From the IMG/VR virus record IMGVR_UViG_3300031951_000197, positions 1 to 55,578 of that record: 55,578 nucleotides of DNA. One strand, written 5' to 3'. Origin of the DNA: a virus (Duplodnaviria; Caudoviricetes). Position 1 is the stretch's first letter; each line of letters starts with the position of its first letter. The notes under the pieces are model-generated. The model had not been told where the DNA came from. It saw only the letters and a program-made list of their open reading frames with translations, and searched no databases. The position numbers and the translations under genes are program-made. This document shows, one piece after another, positions 28,601 to 37,851 of this stretch.

Positions 28601-31600
28601 CATTGTGCTGGTGATTCAAAAGTACCCGTAAGAAGGGTTCGCATGATTTCGTCTGGCACAACTTTCAACATATGTTTAATGCCGATAACGACAGACGGTT
28701 TCCAAATTTCTGACGAATATTGCAGTAATGCTTTTTGCATAAAACGATTCGCTTTGAATACCTGGCCAGCAATCGGAACATTTTCCATGCGGCGAGCCAT
28801 ACGCCCCAGAGTGCCTGTTGCTTGAATAACATCCCTTAACTTGGTCGGGTCGAACAGGTACATTCCTTGGCTCATCAACTGGGTTGTACGCAACGGACCT
28901 TCAAAGCCCGTTAGATGCCAAGGGGATGGGTCTGCTGCCACATCTCGAAGTGACATTGTTGTGACATCTGCTATTGTATTTTTGAATTTAGCAATAACCC
29001 GTGCTTCTTCGGAACTTATTCCTGCTGCCTTTAGTGCTGGTTTGATGATGGTATTTGCGAAGTCAATAGAGAATTCAAAGAAGCCACCTGTTTCCCCGCT
29101 TTGATAAATTTCCATTAAACGCGTAGTCCATTTGTTTCTTTGCGCCAAAGACATATTGAGCGCGCCTGCAAGGTCGTCGAATCGTTTTACTCCACGGCCC
29201 ATGTCGTCAAATGGGATAAACAAATTTTCTGGCAGGGTTTGGAATTGGCGGGTGTATCGGCTGGATGCCTGTTTGACTGCAAACCCCAATTCAGATATGC
29301 CGTTATATGTTCCAACTGGAACACCACCAACATATGAGGTGGGTGTTCGTTTTACTGCTTCTGTTACAAGGTCCCATACTTCGTCTACAGTTTTGGCTTT
29401 TGCTATGTCAAGTGCTAAGGCTGGGGCGTTGCCGCGTAGATAGATTCTCCAGATTGTTGCTGGGTCAGTTTCTGCTGCCATCGCTTGCAGGATTGGTTGT
29501 ATCCAGGGGGCGTTGCGATTTTTTTCCCATACTGTTGGGACCAAAGTTTTGCGGCCTGGGGTTTTTTCGTATGGCGCTCCTACTTCATCTCGAATGATAT
29601 CTCTTTGGGTGTTGTATTTTGTGTAGAAGTCGTCGACTTTGCCACGCAAATTCGAAATGGCGGATTGCAGTTCGTTGTTTTCCTTCATCGTGGCAATAAC
29701 ATCATTCACTGGAAGACGCTCTCCAGTTAAGACATCTACTGTTTCAAGATTGTCTAAATTGAAAATTACTTTGGCGGTATGGTCACCATATCCACCAATG
29801 CGAATTCCACCAGCATATTGGATGCCATCGTAGCCAAGTTCTTTTAATGTGGCGTTGAGTGCCACATCCGTAAGGAAGTTCCCATCTGCGTCTAGACCTA
29901 TATTTGCAGGTCGCGGAGCATGGAAGTTTTCTTTGATTGCGTTCCAATATCGCCTACCGACCTCTAAAGGAGTGCCAGTTGTGTCAATTTGTAATAGTTT
30001 TGCAAATTGTTGGAATGTTTTTAATTCGTTTCTTACAGGACTAAATGTTGATTCAGTTGAAAACAGTGTTTGAAGTTCTTCGAATTTTTCTGGCGATACA
30101 TAATCTTTTGGTACTGTGCGCCTAAAAATGTCTATGAATTCGTTGTAATCCATTTCTTCAACATTGAGTTGTAGAAGTCGACCCAGTTTGCCAAGTTCTC
30201 TTGTTCTATAACCAGCCAGTCCTTTTCCTGCCCCTTGCGCCATCAACGATGTGGTGTCATATTTAACAAACTGTGCTGTCGATGGAGAACGAGAATATTC
30301 GTATAGAAATTTTTCAAAATCAAAGTTTATAAATCCATCTAACTTAAAGTTTGGATTAGAAAGATTTTTGGCCAATTCTTGTGGCGTGGAATCAAGGTCT
30401 ATTAACTGGTTGCGGTAGTTTGTTAGTTCTGTATACCTTCTTCCAGATTTGGTTTCATGCAGATAGAATGGGTCTGCTTCACCAGCCAACATCTGATAGG
30501 GGCTTAAACTGTATGGGCCACTGATAGTTGGTCTATCAAATGGGAACCTTTGCATCGTTCGAATTATGTTTGCTGGAGCAGAAGGTATATTAAATTTTTT
30601 ATTTATGTAGTCAATAATTTCAAGTGATAGAGGTTCTTCTCCGTCAAGAAGATTTGGTTGGTACCCTTCTTTCCACTGAAATCTTGTAATACTTCCAGCC
30701 TCTGTATCACCCATGCCTGGTATTGCAGTAACGGGCGCGGCACGAGAGGTCCCAGGTGGGAGTTCAACATTATAAGAAGAACTAAATTCGGAAGGAGTGA
30801 CAAGTGTGAAATAACTTTCGGGAGATGTTTCTTTGTAATTCAAATACGATGTGGCGACCATCGGGTTGTCAGTCACATATATGCCAGGACCAAAAAGATT
30901 AACCGCTGTAGAAGGGTATCGTGGGTCGTCGATGGCTACAAGTTCACCCATGTCAACCATTTTGGAACCGTGGAACATCGCTCCTTCTTGGCGCATAAGC
31001 GATTTGGCTTTTGCTTGTACTTCTGGTGCTAACTGTGTGGCACGGAACTCTATGTCGTTAAACACCACAAGTGTTGTGTCTATGTTTGTCATCAGTTCTT
31101 GCATTTGTGCTGATGCTTGTTGTGCTGCTGGTGTTGCTCGTTCTGTGCGTACACGGCGAATTAGGTTTCCGTCTGCGTCTAGGACTTCGACGAATTGTTG
31201 GCCTCGTCGTGCTGCCCAGTCGTCTGCTTTGCCCCACCAATAGTTTTTTAGTCTGTCTGTGAGTGGTGGAACGATTTTGCGTAGGTCGTCGTAACTGTAG
31301 GCGAAGGCGCTGGCCATGTCTTTTGCGCCACGGTACAGTCCTTTGACTTGTCCTGGTAGGCGCTTAAGGTCCCTGAATGAGAAGGTGGGGTCTGCTTTTA
31401 GATAGGCGGCCATGTCTGTGATGCCTGTGCCTATGTTGTAGATTGTTGAACCTTCTTCAACTACACCCATTTCGGTTAGGGGACCGAACAATGCTCGACC
31501 TGGTGTGAGAACTAGACCACCTGATGTTGTGGGTCTGGCTCTTTGCTGAACTTTGAGCATTTCTTCTTCGGCTTTGCCACGAATGGAAAACCCTGAGCCA

Positions 31601-32070
31601 AACAAATCTTCGTAACTGTATTTGCCGTAGCCTTCTTCGCTAAACAAATATTTTGCGCTTTGATTTATTAACTGGCCAAACTCTGTTGAAAGTATCGGTT
31701 GCCCTATAAACTGTTCAACGAGGCTGCCTGTTGGTTTTTTTTCTACGCCAGGAAAACCCGTATGGTTAAGGGCAGCCATAGTAAAGTTAATCGTTAACTG
31801 CGGAGCAAAAGATGTTCCCGCCTGAGCGCCTTGAACTGCTGCCTTGAAAAAACTGTATCCCTTACCAATACCAGCGCCGATAAAATCTTCGGCTGCTTCT
31901 GGTGTAAGAAAGTCTGCAACATTAGAAGGGATGTCAACAATTTCTGAACCAACTTTTTTGACAGCACCAGCAACATCTTTAGCGCCATCCCAAATATCGC
32001 CCCAACCAAAAGTTGGGCGTTGCGGCTGATTAAAAAACGCTGGTTTATAGGCTGTTATACCGTTAGACAT
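25648..32070 (-). CDS. 2140-aa large ejection/polyvalent protein with an ART-PolyVal-like domain
   Basis: Size and position typical of podovirus ejection proteins; motifs FHGS, FGPGIYVTDN...A.SY and LGYDGI. Confidence 0.7.
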   Translation of the reverse strand: MSNGITAYKPAFFNQPQRPTFGWGDIWDGAKDVAGAVKKVGSEIVDIPSNVADFLTPEAAEDFIGAGIGKGYSFFKAAVQGAQAGTSFAPQLTINFTMAALNHTGFPGVEKKPTGSLVEQFIGQPILSTEFGQLINQSAKYLFSEEGYGKYSYEDLFGSGFSIRGKAEEEMLKVQQRARPTTSGGLVLTPGRALFGPLTEMGVVEEGSTIYNIGTGITDMAAYLKADPTFSFRDLKRLPGQVKGLYRGAKDMASAFAYSYDDLRKIVPPLTDRLKNYWWGKADDWAARRGQQFVEVLDADGNLIRRVRTERATPAAQQASAQMQELMTNIDTTLVVFNDIEFRATQLAPEVQAKAKSLMRQEGAMFHGSKMVDMGELVAIDDPRYPSTAVNLFGPGIYVTDNPMVATSYLNYKETSPESYFTLVTPSEFSSSYNVELPPGTSRAAPVTAIPGMGDTEAGSITRFQWKEGYQPNLLDGEEPLSLEIIDYINKKFNIPSAPANIIRTMQRFPFDRPTISGPYSLSPYQMLAGEADPFYLHETKSGRRYTELTNYRNQLIDLDSTPQELAKNLSNPNFKLDGFINFDFEKFLYEYSRSPSTAQFVKYDTTSLMAQGAGKGLAGYRTRELGKLGRLLQLNVEEMDYNEFIDIFRRTVPKDYVSPEKFEELQTLFSTESTFSPVRNELKTFQQFAKLLQIDTTGTPLEVGRRYWNAIKENFHAPRPANIGLDADGNFLTDVALNATLKELGYDGIQYAGGIRIGGYGDHTAKVIFNLDNLETVDVLTGERLPVNDVIATMKENNELQSAISNLRGKVDDFYTKYNTQRDIIRDEVGAPYEKTPGRKTLVPTVWEKNRNAPWIQPILQAMAAETDPATIWRIYLRGNAPALALDIAKAKTVDEVWDLVTEAVKRTPTSYVGGVPVGTYNGISELGFAVKQASSRYTRQFQTLPENLFIPFDDMGRGVKRFDDLAGALNMSLAQRNKWTTRLMEIYQSGETGGFFEFSIDFANTIIKPALKAAGISSEEARVIAKFKNTIADVTTMSLRDVAADPSPWHLTGFEGPLRTTQLMSQGMYLFDPTKLRDVIQATGTLGRMARRMENVPIAGQVFKANRFMQKALLQYSSEIWKPSVVIGIKHMLKVVPDEIMRTLLTGTFESPAQWFAAVQAGLFGGAKGKYTADVFGETFNLATDIGNLELDIASLREITEEISKLRKAGKIEKADEMAATFAEELAEYPTKLDELAKLQAKFDSDLPKFTDAMIGNMPEKAIATGTNSYLVGDDIRHGFTTTIQKSDLRFRDEFVAGVAHQTGDMYNNPIYRRVANGRPFDEDKISVPVYDDLGNMKFKNVETLEIETVTKTYGELLKEGNITSDGMQAIEQWILFGAGKEYYLDYFKKLGRKAPGFMADAPDSVAAYVRLVTQEIYQNIGTNQANLDVLATGLFNDQPAFFREPTGRWVAAPEYEDFLGSTYVEAADSANQVLYFPKFQLDKNPMMSGLGKIWDAKNYLVAKYFQGMYGQTSDLLARSPLWRGAYWDAVEATLSTASQEAVDALRASALEAGLPKSKLKRLQFALDQAEARVAQGVTKDGESLEAIDKFANAYATNKTVDTLYDSSKRSLFGYQHQLLFPFFEAFREQAQTYMKFVAQRPELAYWAGLGVSALQGATAIGPGDVDYDGKPEGFLYRNAYGNEVFALPMTGAIARFLTGTPTANYEVSARQMSMIGQIVPGVGFTVQIPLSYFNKLNDPEMSTIAEIIFPMGRPEDRGSIVSALDPRPLWLRRMAPLVGQLAGETPVIGEALKDFTKVIFGNQESTVDYKQYYNKVLQAYSSTIPVIKTEQEMSAVLKEVETKTNILFFMRGLTQAVIASPTTNFMLETKQGDIRVGFLSDKLRQYEDEAEANGANRYDGTAKFLAEYGTSVWALFGNITKSKIPGLQATEEYDRWASANKELLDTFPDVAGYFGPMSGDFSPSAYSRQKYRGMRESTDPRTMLEDAQSQMGYFLVNIAKAGYDVEYLASNEGQSQLRNIKEQVKSLFPFWDGKYGWVESAKRREKQIQQLQEIADSPFAEQSEVGKMVKVYMGLREWYVSEYQAADLGTDWTKNANAEYVRIGLTKAGDELARMVPQFAFVWQNVLAPEFEIGLED

Positions 32071-32341
32071 ATCGCCTCATATTCTTCGAAGGGGCAACAT
32101 TCATCTTTGCCATCCGTTCACCAACTATTCGACCCACTTCTGGAAGAATATCATCTGCATCGTTCAACACTAGGGATGCCAAAATTTGTGCATCCACCCA
32201 CGGATACGCTGCATATGCCTGCCCCAACCTGTCGGCATGGTCCACCGTATACATTTCTGCGTACCGTTTCCTGCGTTCTACCTTTCCTTTTAATTCTTGG
32301 TAGATATCTTGTATGTTGTATTGTCTTGGTTGGCGTATCAT
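32063..32341 (-). CDS. Hypothetical protein
   Basis: 92-aa ORF coupled within the operon. Confidence 0.6.
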   Translation of the reverse strand: MIRQPRQYNIQDIYQELKGKVERRKRYAEMYTVDHADRLGQAYAAYPWVDAQILASLVLNDADDILPEVGRIVGERMAKMNVAPSKNMRRYV

Positions 32342-32700
32342 CCGTTATCCAAAATTTCCAGCAACGCTAAAAGGTTCGGGTTTGGGTACATCGCAGCAAT
32401 AGTGCGTACCCGTTCTCTGATGTCTTGGGCTGAACCTACTGTTGGAACAAATTTGGTTGACAAAACATTTGACCCTGGGCCTGGGCCGAAGTCCATTCCT
32501 GCGGTCATTGGTTCTTGAGGGCGTTCCGTTGGTGCGCCGATAGGGGTTACGGGTGTCATTTCGGTTGGTGGTGTTCCCATTGGGACAGCCCGTTGTGCTG
32601 CTATTTGTTTTCCTGCTTCACCGTAGGTTTGGCCTGTGGCGGCTTTTGCGGCAAGAGTCGCAGGGTTGCGTAAATCTGAACGGTTCGGGTACTCAGCCAT
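32338..32700 (-). CDS. Pro/Gly-rich virion-associated protein after the portal gene
   Basis: GQTYGE...PTERP.EP.TAG..FGPG pattern; position in the head module. Confidence 0.65.
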   Translation of the reverse strand: MAEYPNRSDLRNPATLAAKAATGQTYGEAGKQIAAQRAVPMGTPPTEMTPVTPIGAPTERPQEPMTAGMDFGPGPGSNVLSTKFVPTVGSAQDIRERVRTIAAMYPNPNLLALLEILDNG

Positions 32701-32701
32701 A

Positions 32702-34534
32702 TCATCCCAACCTTCCTGCTAGTGAAAGAACAGAACCTGGTGTGCCTGGTGCTTGGGCTGCGCCTGCCGCACCTGGGCCGCCTGGGCCTAACGCACCAAG
32801 TAACTGGTCAAGTGACGGCTGGCCGCCACCTTGCGTTGGTTGTTCCATGCCCATTCCAGGCATTGACAAACCTGGCATTGTTTCTGGTGCGCCTTGTGGG
32901 GCTTGTGCCGCTTGGCGTTCTTGTGCGCGTTTCTGTGCGGCTTCGATTGCTTCAGCAAGGTTCATTTTGTCTGTTGCCACCATTCTTGCGATATAAGCCA
33001 AATCAGCGGGTTGATATGGTCCATTCGGGTCGGCTGCTTGGGATTGGAGACTGGAAAGCAGGGCTGCTTCCACACCTTCCGCAACGATGCGGTCATGTTC
33101 AAGTTCTGGGTCGGTGATGAGTGGGTCTGCTTCACGGGCCGATTCTTTGGACATAAGTCCCGTACCAAGTCTTTGGCCAAGTCCGACGATGAGGGCATTA
33201 ACATCAGACCCCGACGACGGGTACGAAACATAGTGGAAGTCTGTTTCCCAAATTTTGTTTGGAACATAGTCAACCTTTGCGTTTGTTTGTTTGCCTGCAA
33301 TAAAGAATGATTTGGGTTGGTCACCCCAGTAGGCTTTTTCGATTCCGATAGCGATACGGTCTTCTTCGAAGATGGATGCTTCGAAAATCTTTTGTGCTTC
33401 TTGTACTTTGAAGTCAACTGTTGCTGCCAGTACGGTTTCGCCACGGCGACCTGTACGAATGTTGGATGCGGATTCTCCACCGAATTCTGCGGGGATTCCA
33501 CCTTCGAGCCGTTCTTGGCGTTCGAGGCGGTCCATCGCTACATCGGTTTTGTAACCTGGGTTGGTTTGCAACTGTTGAATGTCGCCACCTTTGACAACAC
33601 CCAACTGTCCTAGTTTGCCGTCTGCGGTTTGGATGATTTCAGGGTTTTCTCCTGGGCGAGCAATCAGGTATTCATCTGGGAAGATACCACGCTCAATAGC
33701 GATTTCGGTGAGGGCTTGGAGCCGTGCGCGGGTGTAGAACATCCCAACCATGTTGTCGAATTGGCCGCGTACTTCGTCGAGGGTGATTCGGCGTGGTACT
33801 ACTGCTAATGGCATACCTGTGCGATTAGGGATGCGCTCCAGTTCCACCGCTTCCATCCAGCCTGTGTCTGAGTGGGTGCCATCGTCAGCGCCCATAGCCA
33901 CAAGCACGAGTTCGTTTCCACAAACATATTCGAGAATTCGGTAACGCGAATCTGCTGTGACTTTACCCATGTTGAGATTGGAGACTTGTGAACCATAGTT
34001 TTTGAGAAGCCACGACGCATCTTTGACATAGGTGAATATTACATTCTCTGGCACAATGTCGTCAGGGTCTTCAGTGAAAGCAGGGTAGGTGTCTAGCGGG
34101 TTGCGTACCTGCCAGGTGGGCATATTCTTTTTGAAGTCTGGTTTCAATACGATTGGGCTGGTGCCGTATGCAAGTAGCAGTCGGGCGCGGCGACGCATTT
34201 TAAGGTCGAAACGGTTGTGGTCCCACATGGATTCCATAGCGCGTTTACGCATACGAGCCATTTTGGCTGATTGTTCCACACCATCTTTAAGGGGTGGGAA
34301 GTATGGGGATGGGAGAACAGATGCTACACGCATAGCCATCTGGTCAATACCTTGGGTGGCCAGGTTTGCTACTGATGCACGGGCGTTACGGTCCAATTCG
34401 TTTAACGGTACGATTAGTTCGCCGCGTGTCATTTCACGGACTTCACGCATACGCTCCATAACTGGTCCCGTAGCCTTTTTACGGGCGGTGAACATCGCCA
34501 CTATTTCTTCGACAGTCCTCATCCAGTTCTCCAC
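32702..34534 (-). CDS. Portal (head-tail connector) protein
   Basis: 610 aa directly after the terminase gene, with a low-complexity Gly/Pro/Gln tail. Confidence 0.8.
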   Translation of the reverse strand: MENWMRTVEEIVAMFTARKKATGPVMERMREVREMTRGELIVPLNELDRNARASVANLATQGIDQMAMRVASVLPSPYFPPLKDGVEQSAKMARMRKRAMESMWDHNRFDLKMRRRARLLLAYGTSPIVLKPDFKKNMPTWQVRNPLDTYPAFTEDPDDIVPENVIFTYVKDASWLLKNYGSQVSNLNMGKVTADSRYRILEYVCGNELVLVAMGADDGTHSDTGWMEAVELERIPNRTGMPLAVVPRRITLDEVRGQFDNMVGMFYTRARLQALTEIAIERGIFPDEYLIARPGENPEIIQTADGKLGQLGVVKGGDIQQLQTNPGYKTDVAMDRLERQERLEGGIPAEFGGESASNIRTGRRGETVLAATVDFKVQEAQKIFEASIFEEDRIAIGIEKAYWGDQPKSFFIAGKQTNAKVDYVPNKIWETDFHYVSYPSSGSDVNALIVGLGQRLGTGLMSKESAREADPLITDPELEHDRIVAEGVEAALLSSLQSQAADPNGPYQPADLAYIARMVATDKMNLAEAIEAAQKRAQERQAAQAPQGAPETMPGLSMPGMGMEQPTQGGGQPSLDQLLGALGPGGPGAAGAAQAPGTPGSVLSLAGRLG

Positions 34535-34579
34535 TATTAGTTTGTCATAGTATAAACCACTAATTGTATTTAGAAATGG

Positions 34580-36565
34580 TTACATCCAAGATGGTCGCCA
34601 CATTCGGGGTGGTGGTTTCACTCCTGTGAGCGACGGTGCGTGTAATTCTGCGAACCAATGTGCCATCACAAGGTCGGTTCCTCGTTTTTTGTCACGGGTC
34701 CAGGTTGTCATTTCGTCTAGGAACGCAAGAGTTTTCCAGTTGTCTCGCATTGTTGGTAGCCGTATTTGTCCTGTGCGCCATAGTGGGGGCAGTAATGCTT
34801 CTACTCCTAGGGTTTCGTCTATTTTGTTGCGGTGAGTGGTGTGTGGTACGACATTAACTCTGTGTAAGGCTTGCCATCTGCGAACAAAATCGTGGGCCAA
34901 CAGGAATCTTTGGGCTGCGTTTACTTCAATTATCCAATGTGTTATTGGATATCCCAGGTTTGCTGACCTGTGTTGCCAGTCATCCATGATTCCTGAGTAT
35001 TCACCTGTGCCAACAGAGTAGCCAAGTAGTTCTTCTGCTGTGAGTTTGCAGCGTTCGAGGTCTATTAGGTATCTGAGGTTTGTTTTGGGTTGGTATAGCC
35101 ACCATTGAACAGCCCAAAATTCGGATGGTGAAGGGTCTACAGAGGCAATAGAAATTATTGGTTGGTGTAGGTGGGGTGGTATGTAGCCTGGTTTTCTGTC
35201 GTTGTCGATGCAGCCTGGGTATTGTACGCCGTCTGAGCCTATTCCGCCTGTGGCCCAGGTTCGTTCGATGAGGTAGTTTCCTGCGTCGAGGTCTTCTTGT
35301 TGGTATACGACTTTGAATTTGTTGGGGTTGGAGTGTCGTATGAACGAAAGGTCTTTCCAGGATAGGCGGTGTGGGTCCAGTAGGGGTCCTTGCGGCCAGG
35401 GTTGGGAATCCCTTCGGCGCGATTTCGGGCCATCATCAAGTTCTTCATAATATGCTTTATAAACCAGGTGGTGATATTTTTTCTTTTTAACTGGTTCTTT
35501 AGTTTGTTGTAGTTTGTCGAGAAGTGTGACATCTTCTCCATCGTAGTCGTCGTCGAAGTCGTCGTATGTTTCTTTGGATAGGCAGTGGGCGTATAGGTCT
35601 GCTGGTCCTAGTCTTTGTCCTACTACTGCTAGTAGGCCGCCTGGGTCTACGCGGGCTTCTGCTACGGAGTCCCAGCGTTCTATGAGTTTGTCTCTGGCTG
35701 CGGATTCTTTGGCGTTTTCTGGGCCTGCCACATCGTCGAATAGGCATAGGTCGGCGCGGTGTCCGATGAATTCTGCTTCGATTCCGTATGCGGATACGGT
35801 TGGTTCTTTGTTGTCTAGACCGCCGACACCTAGTTGTTCGACAATGAATTCTTCTGCTCGCCATAGGCCGCCGCTGGCTGCTGGTTTGAATCTGCCGTAG
35901 TCGTGGGCGAGGCAGGCTTCAGCGTTTAGGGCTAACCCTTTCTTTACCAGTTCGGGGTCTGGTTCTAGTGGGAAGGGTCGTTCTAAGGTTTCGCGGATTC
36001 GGCGGGAGTATTGTTTGGCCATTGACGCAGAAATAGAACCAATCATGATTCGGATGGCACGGTTTCGTACTATGACCCATACTGCGACATCATGCCATAG
36101 GGTTGATTTGCCTGCACCTGGGGCAACATTGACGACACAGAATTCTTTTTCTGGGGATTCCAACCATTTAACAATCTGTAAGGCAGCGTCTACCTGCCAC
36201 GGTGACGGGACTCGACCCAAATATCTGCGACGGAAGTAGTCGAAATCTTCTAAACCGCGTTTTGCTTCGTCTGATAAATCACCGTATTGGCGTACTGCTG
36301 GTAAGTCTATTGCTTCGGTGATGGCTTGTTTATATGCGTCAGCGTCGCGGCCACCAGTTACTTTAGATTTGCGTACCCCTAGGTCGGCTGCTTTTATTTC
36401 TGCCCCTACTTGTTTGGCTTTAGCATCCCATTTTTGGCCTGTGTTGACATGGATGCCAACCATCGCTGAGGCTTCTTTGATGGTTAGGCCGCTGGAGCGT
36501 AAGGCAAAAAACTTGGCACGGATTTCTGCTGGCAGTTTACGTCTGCCCGAAAACTCATTGCCCAT
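34580..36565 (-). CDS. terL: Terminase large subunit with N-terminal HTH
   Basis: Walker A APGAGKST, Walker B LFDD, YQQ, nuclease SVDPS and DLVMA motifs. Confidence 0.9.
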   Translation of the reverse strand: MGNEFSGRRKLPAEIRAKFFALRSSGLTIKEASAMVGIHVNTGQKWDAKAKQVGAEIKAADLGVRKSKVTGGRDADAYKQAITEAIDLPAVRQYGDLSDEAKRGLEDFDYFRRRYLGRVPSPWQVDAALQIVKWLESPEKEFCVVNVAPGAGKSTLWHDVAVWVIVRNRAIRIMIGSISASMAKQYSRRIRETLERPFPLEPDPELVKKGLALNAEACLAHDYGRFKPAASGGLWRAEEFIVEQLGVGGLDNKEPTVSAYGIEAEFIGHRADLCLFDDVAGPENAKESAARDKLIERWDSVAEARVDPGGLLAVVGQRLGPADLYAHCLSKETYDDFDDDYDGEDVTLLDKLQQTKEPVKKKKYHHLVYKAYYEELDDGPKSRRRDSQPWPQGPLLDPHRLSWKDLSFIRHSNPNKFKVVYQQEDLDAGNYLIERTWATGGIGSDGVQYPGCIDNDRKPGYIPPHLHQPIISIASVDPSPSEFWAVQWWLYQPKTNLRYLIDLERCKLTAEELLGYSVGTGEYSGIMDDWQHRSANLGYPITHWIIEVNAAQRFLLAHDFVRRWQALHRVNVVPHTTHRNKIDETLGVEALLPPLWRTGQIRLPTMRDNWKTLAFLDEMTTWTRDKKRGTDLVMAHWFAELHAPSLTGVKPPPRMWRPSWM

Positions 36566-36833
36566 AGTTTGCTAGTTTCTCCAATCGGTGTATCTCCGAC
36601 TGTAGTTCACGGTTTTCTGCCCGTAGGCGTTCAATCTCATCAGCGGCTTGACCGTTGATATGCCATGAATCGCAATAATCGCAGTCCAACTTTGAATCCC
36701 GTAGTCGGGTCACAATGTCATCCTGTGTCGCTCTCATATATGCGCCCCGCATCTCATCCCAATCCATCACATCATCCTTCCGTAAATCCCAAAAATTAGC
36801 ACCCGAATACTTCCACCATCGAGGCAACATCAT
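36555..36833 (-). CDS. Hypothetical protein sharing a 32-codon block with 5814-6005
   Basis: 36627-36722 is identical to 5904-5999. Confidence 0.6.
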   Translation of the reverse strand: MMLPRWWKYSGANFWDLRKDDVMDWDEMRGAYMRATQDDIVTRLRDSKLDCDYCDSWHINGQAADEIERLRAENRELQSEIHRLEKLANYGQ

Positions 36834-37269
36834 TTACCCTTCCCGTGTCGTTTCCTATCTAACCACAAAGTCACACCCAGATTCAACAACCCTATAAACC
36901 AGCCAACAAAATATTTCAACAAAAACTCTTTCGGTACCGTTGCATCATACCATCATAGGTGTATCATGTTCCCAGGGTTGAGCCACAGGGTAACCCTTCC
37001 CCTGTTGGCTCCCCACCCTATTTACAATCTGACGAACCACACAAGTGGGGGAGCAAGTCCTAGACCCTGGATGAAACGATGAATACGCCAGGAACGGAAA
37101 CAGCGGCCAGAAATGGGGACCGACCTCTATTCATCAAAACTGCCACAAGTACCCCACCCAGACGGGGGGCGAAAATGATACAGACAGAGGTAACAAGAAT
37201 TTAAGAAATTCAGGTGTCGGCTAAAAACATTTGGTCACGGCCACCTACAGAACAAAACTGTAAAGCGTG

Positions 37270-37520
37270 GGGGGGAACCAAAAACCAGCACCACACCAAA
37301 CAACTACCGCGCCCCTACACGGGGCTTGCTACCAAAAAACCCAAACAACCCACCACACAAGTCCAACCCCCAACCACCCACAAAACAAACAACACACAAA
37401 AACACCAAAAACAACCAACCCCCCTCAAAAGCAAAAACCCCAAACACAACCCAACCAAACACCCGACAACAAAGCACCCCCAGGTGCTGCGTTAGAACAA
37501 CCCCAACCCCAAACAAAACA
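37270..37520. repeat. Extremely strand-skewed C/A-rich low-complexity tract
   Basis: Plus strand almost entirely A and C (caaaacaaac, cccaaccaaac...). Confidence 0.8.
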
Positions 37521-37745
37521 ATGAATATCTCAAAAACCTTATACAATATAGGGGGGCGGGGTGCCTCGGCATATGCCCCAGTTTATGCTATTGTATGTTT
37601 CTGTAATATGGTTACATTGTAACGAAGGAATACTACCGATAGGTAACCTACCGTCAGGTAACTTAGACCCTAATTGTAACGGTACCACAAAAATAGTGAA
37701 AACTTGTTAGGTCTGCCTAACATCCTTTTGTTACTTGTTGGTAAC

Positions 37746-37774
37746 TTGACATGGCTAGTTGTGTGTGGTAGTGC
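37746..37774 (+). promoter_or_regulatory. Early promoter P1 (weak -10)
   Basis: TTGACA-17 bp-TAGTGC with the shared GGSTAGTT spacer motif. Confidence 0.5.
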
Positions 37775-37787
37775 GTACATATGTTCG
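37774..37787. promoter_or_regulatory. LexA (SOS) box-like site
   Basis: CGTACATATGTTCG versus the actinobacterial/Gram-positive CGAAC-N4-GTTCG consensus, one mismatch. Confidence 0.5.
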
Positions 37788-37796
37788 TGTTTGTGG

Positions 37797-37812
37797 TGTG
37801 ACGAATGTCACA
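37797..37812. promoter_or_regulatory. CRP/GlxR-binding site
   Basis: Perfect TGTGA-N6-TCACA (TGTGACGAATGTCACA), 10 bp upstream of the P2 -35. Confidence 0.65.
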
Positions 37813-37822
37813 TGGTTTACTA

Positions 37823-37851
37823 TTGACAAGGGTAGTTGGGGCTAGTAAAGT
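37823..37851 (+). promoter_or_regulatory. Early sigma70/SigA-type promoter P2
   Basis: TTGACA-17 bp-TAAAGT. Confidence 0.8.

Noticed and set aside
5904-36722. The 96-nt and 127-nt repeats as DGR template/variable repeats
   Set aside because: The copies are identical, with no adenine-specific differences, and no reverse transcriptase is present.
37214-37622. ORFs in the C/A-rich tract
   Set aside because: Open only because the skewed composition lacks stop codons; the products are low complexity.
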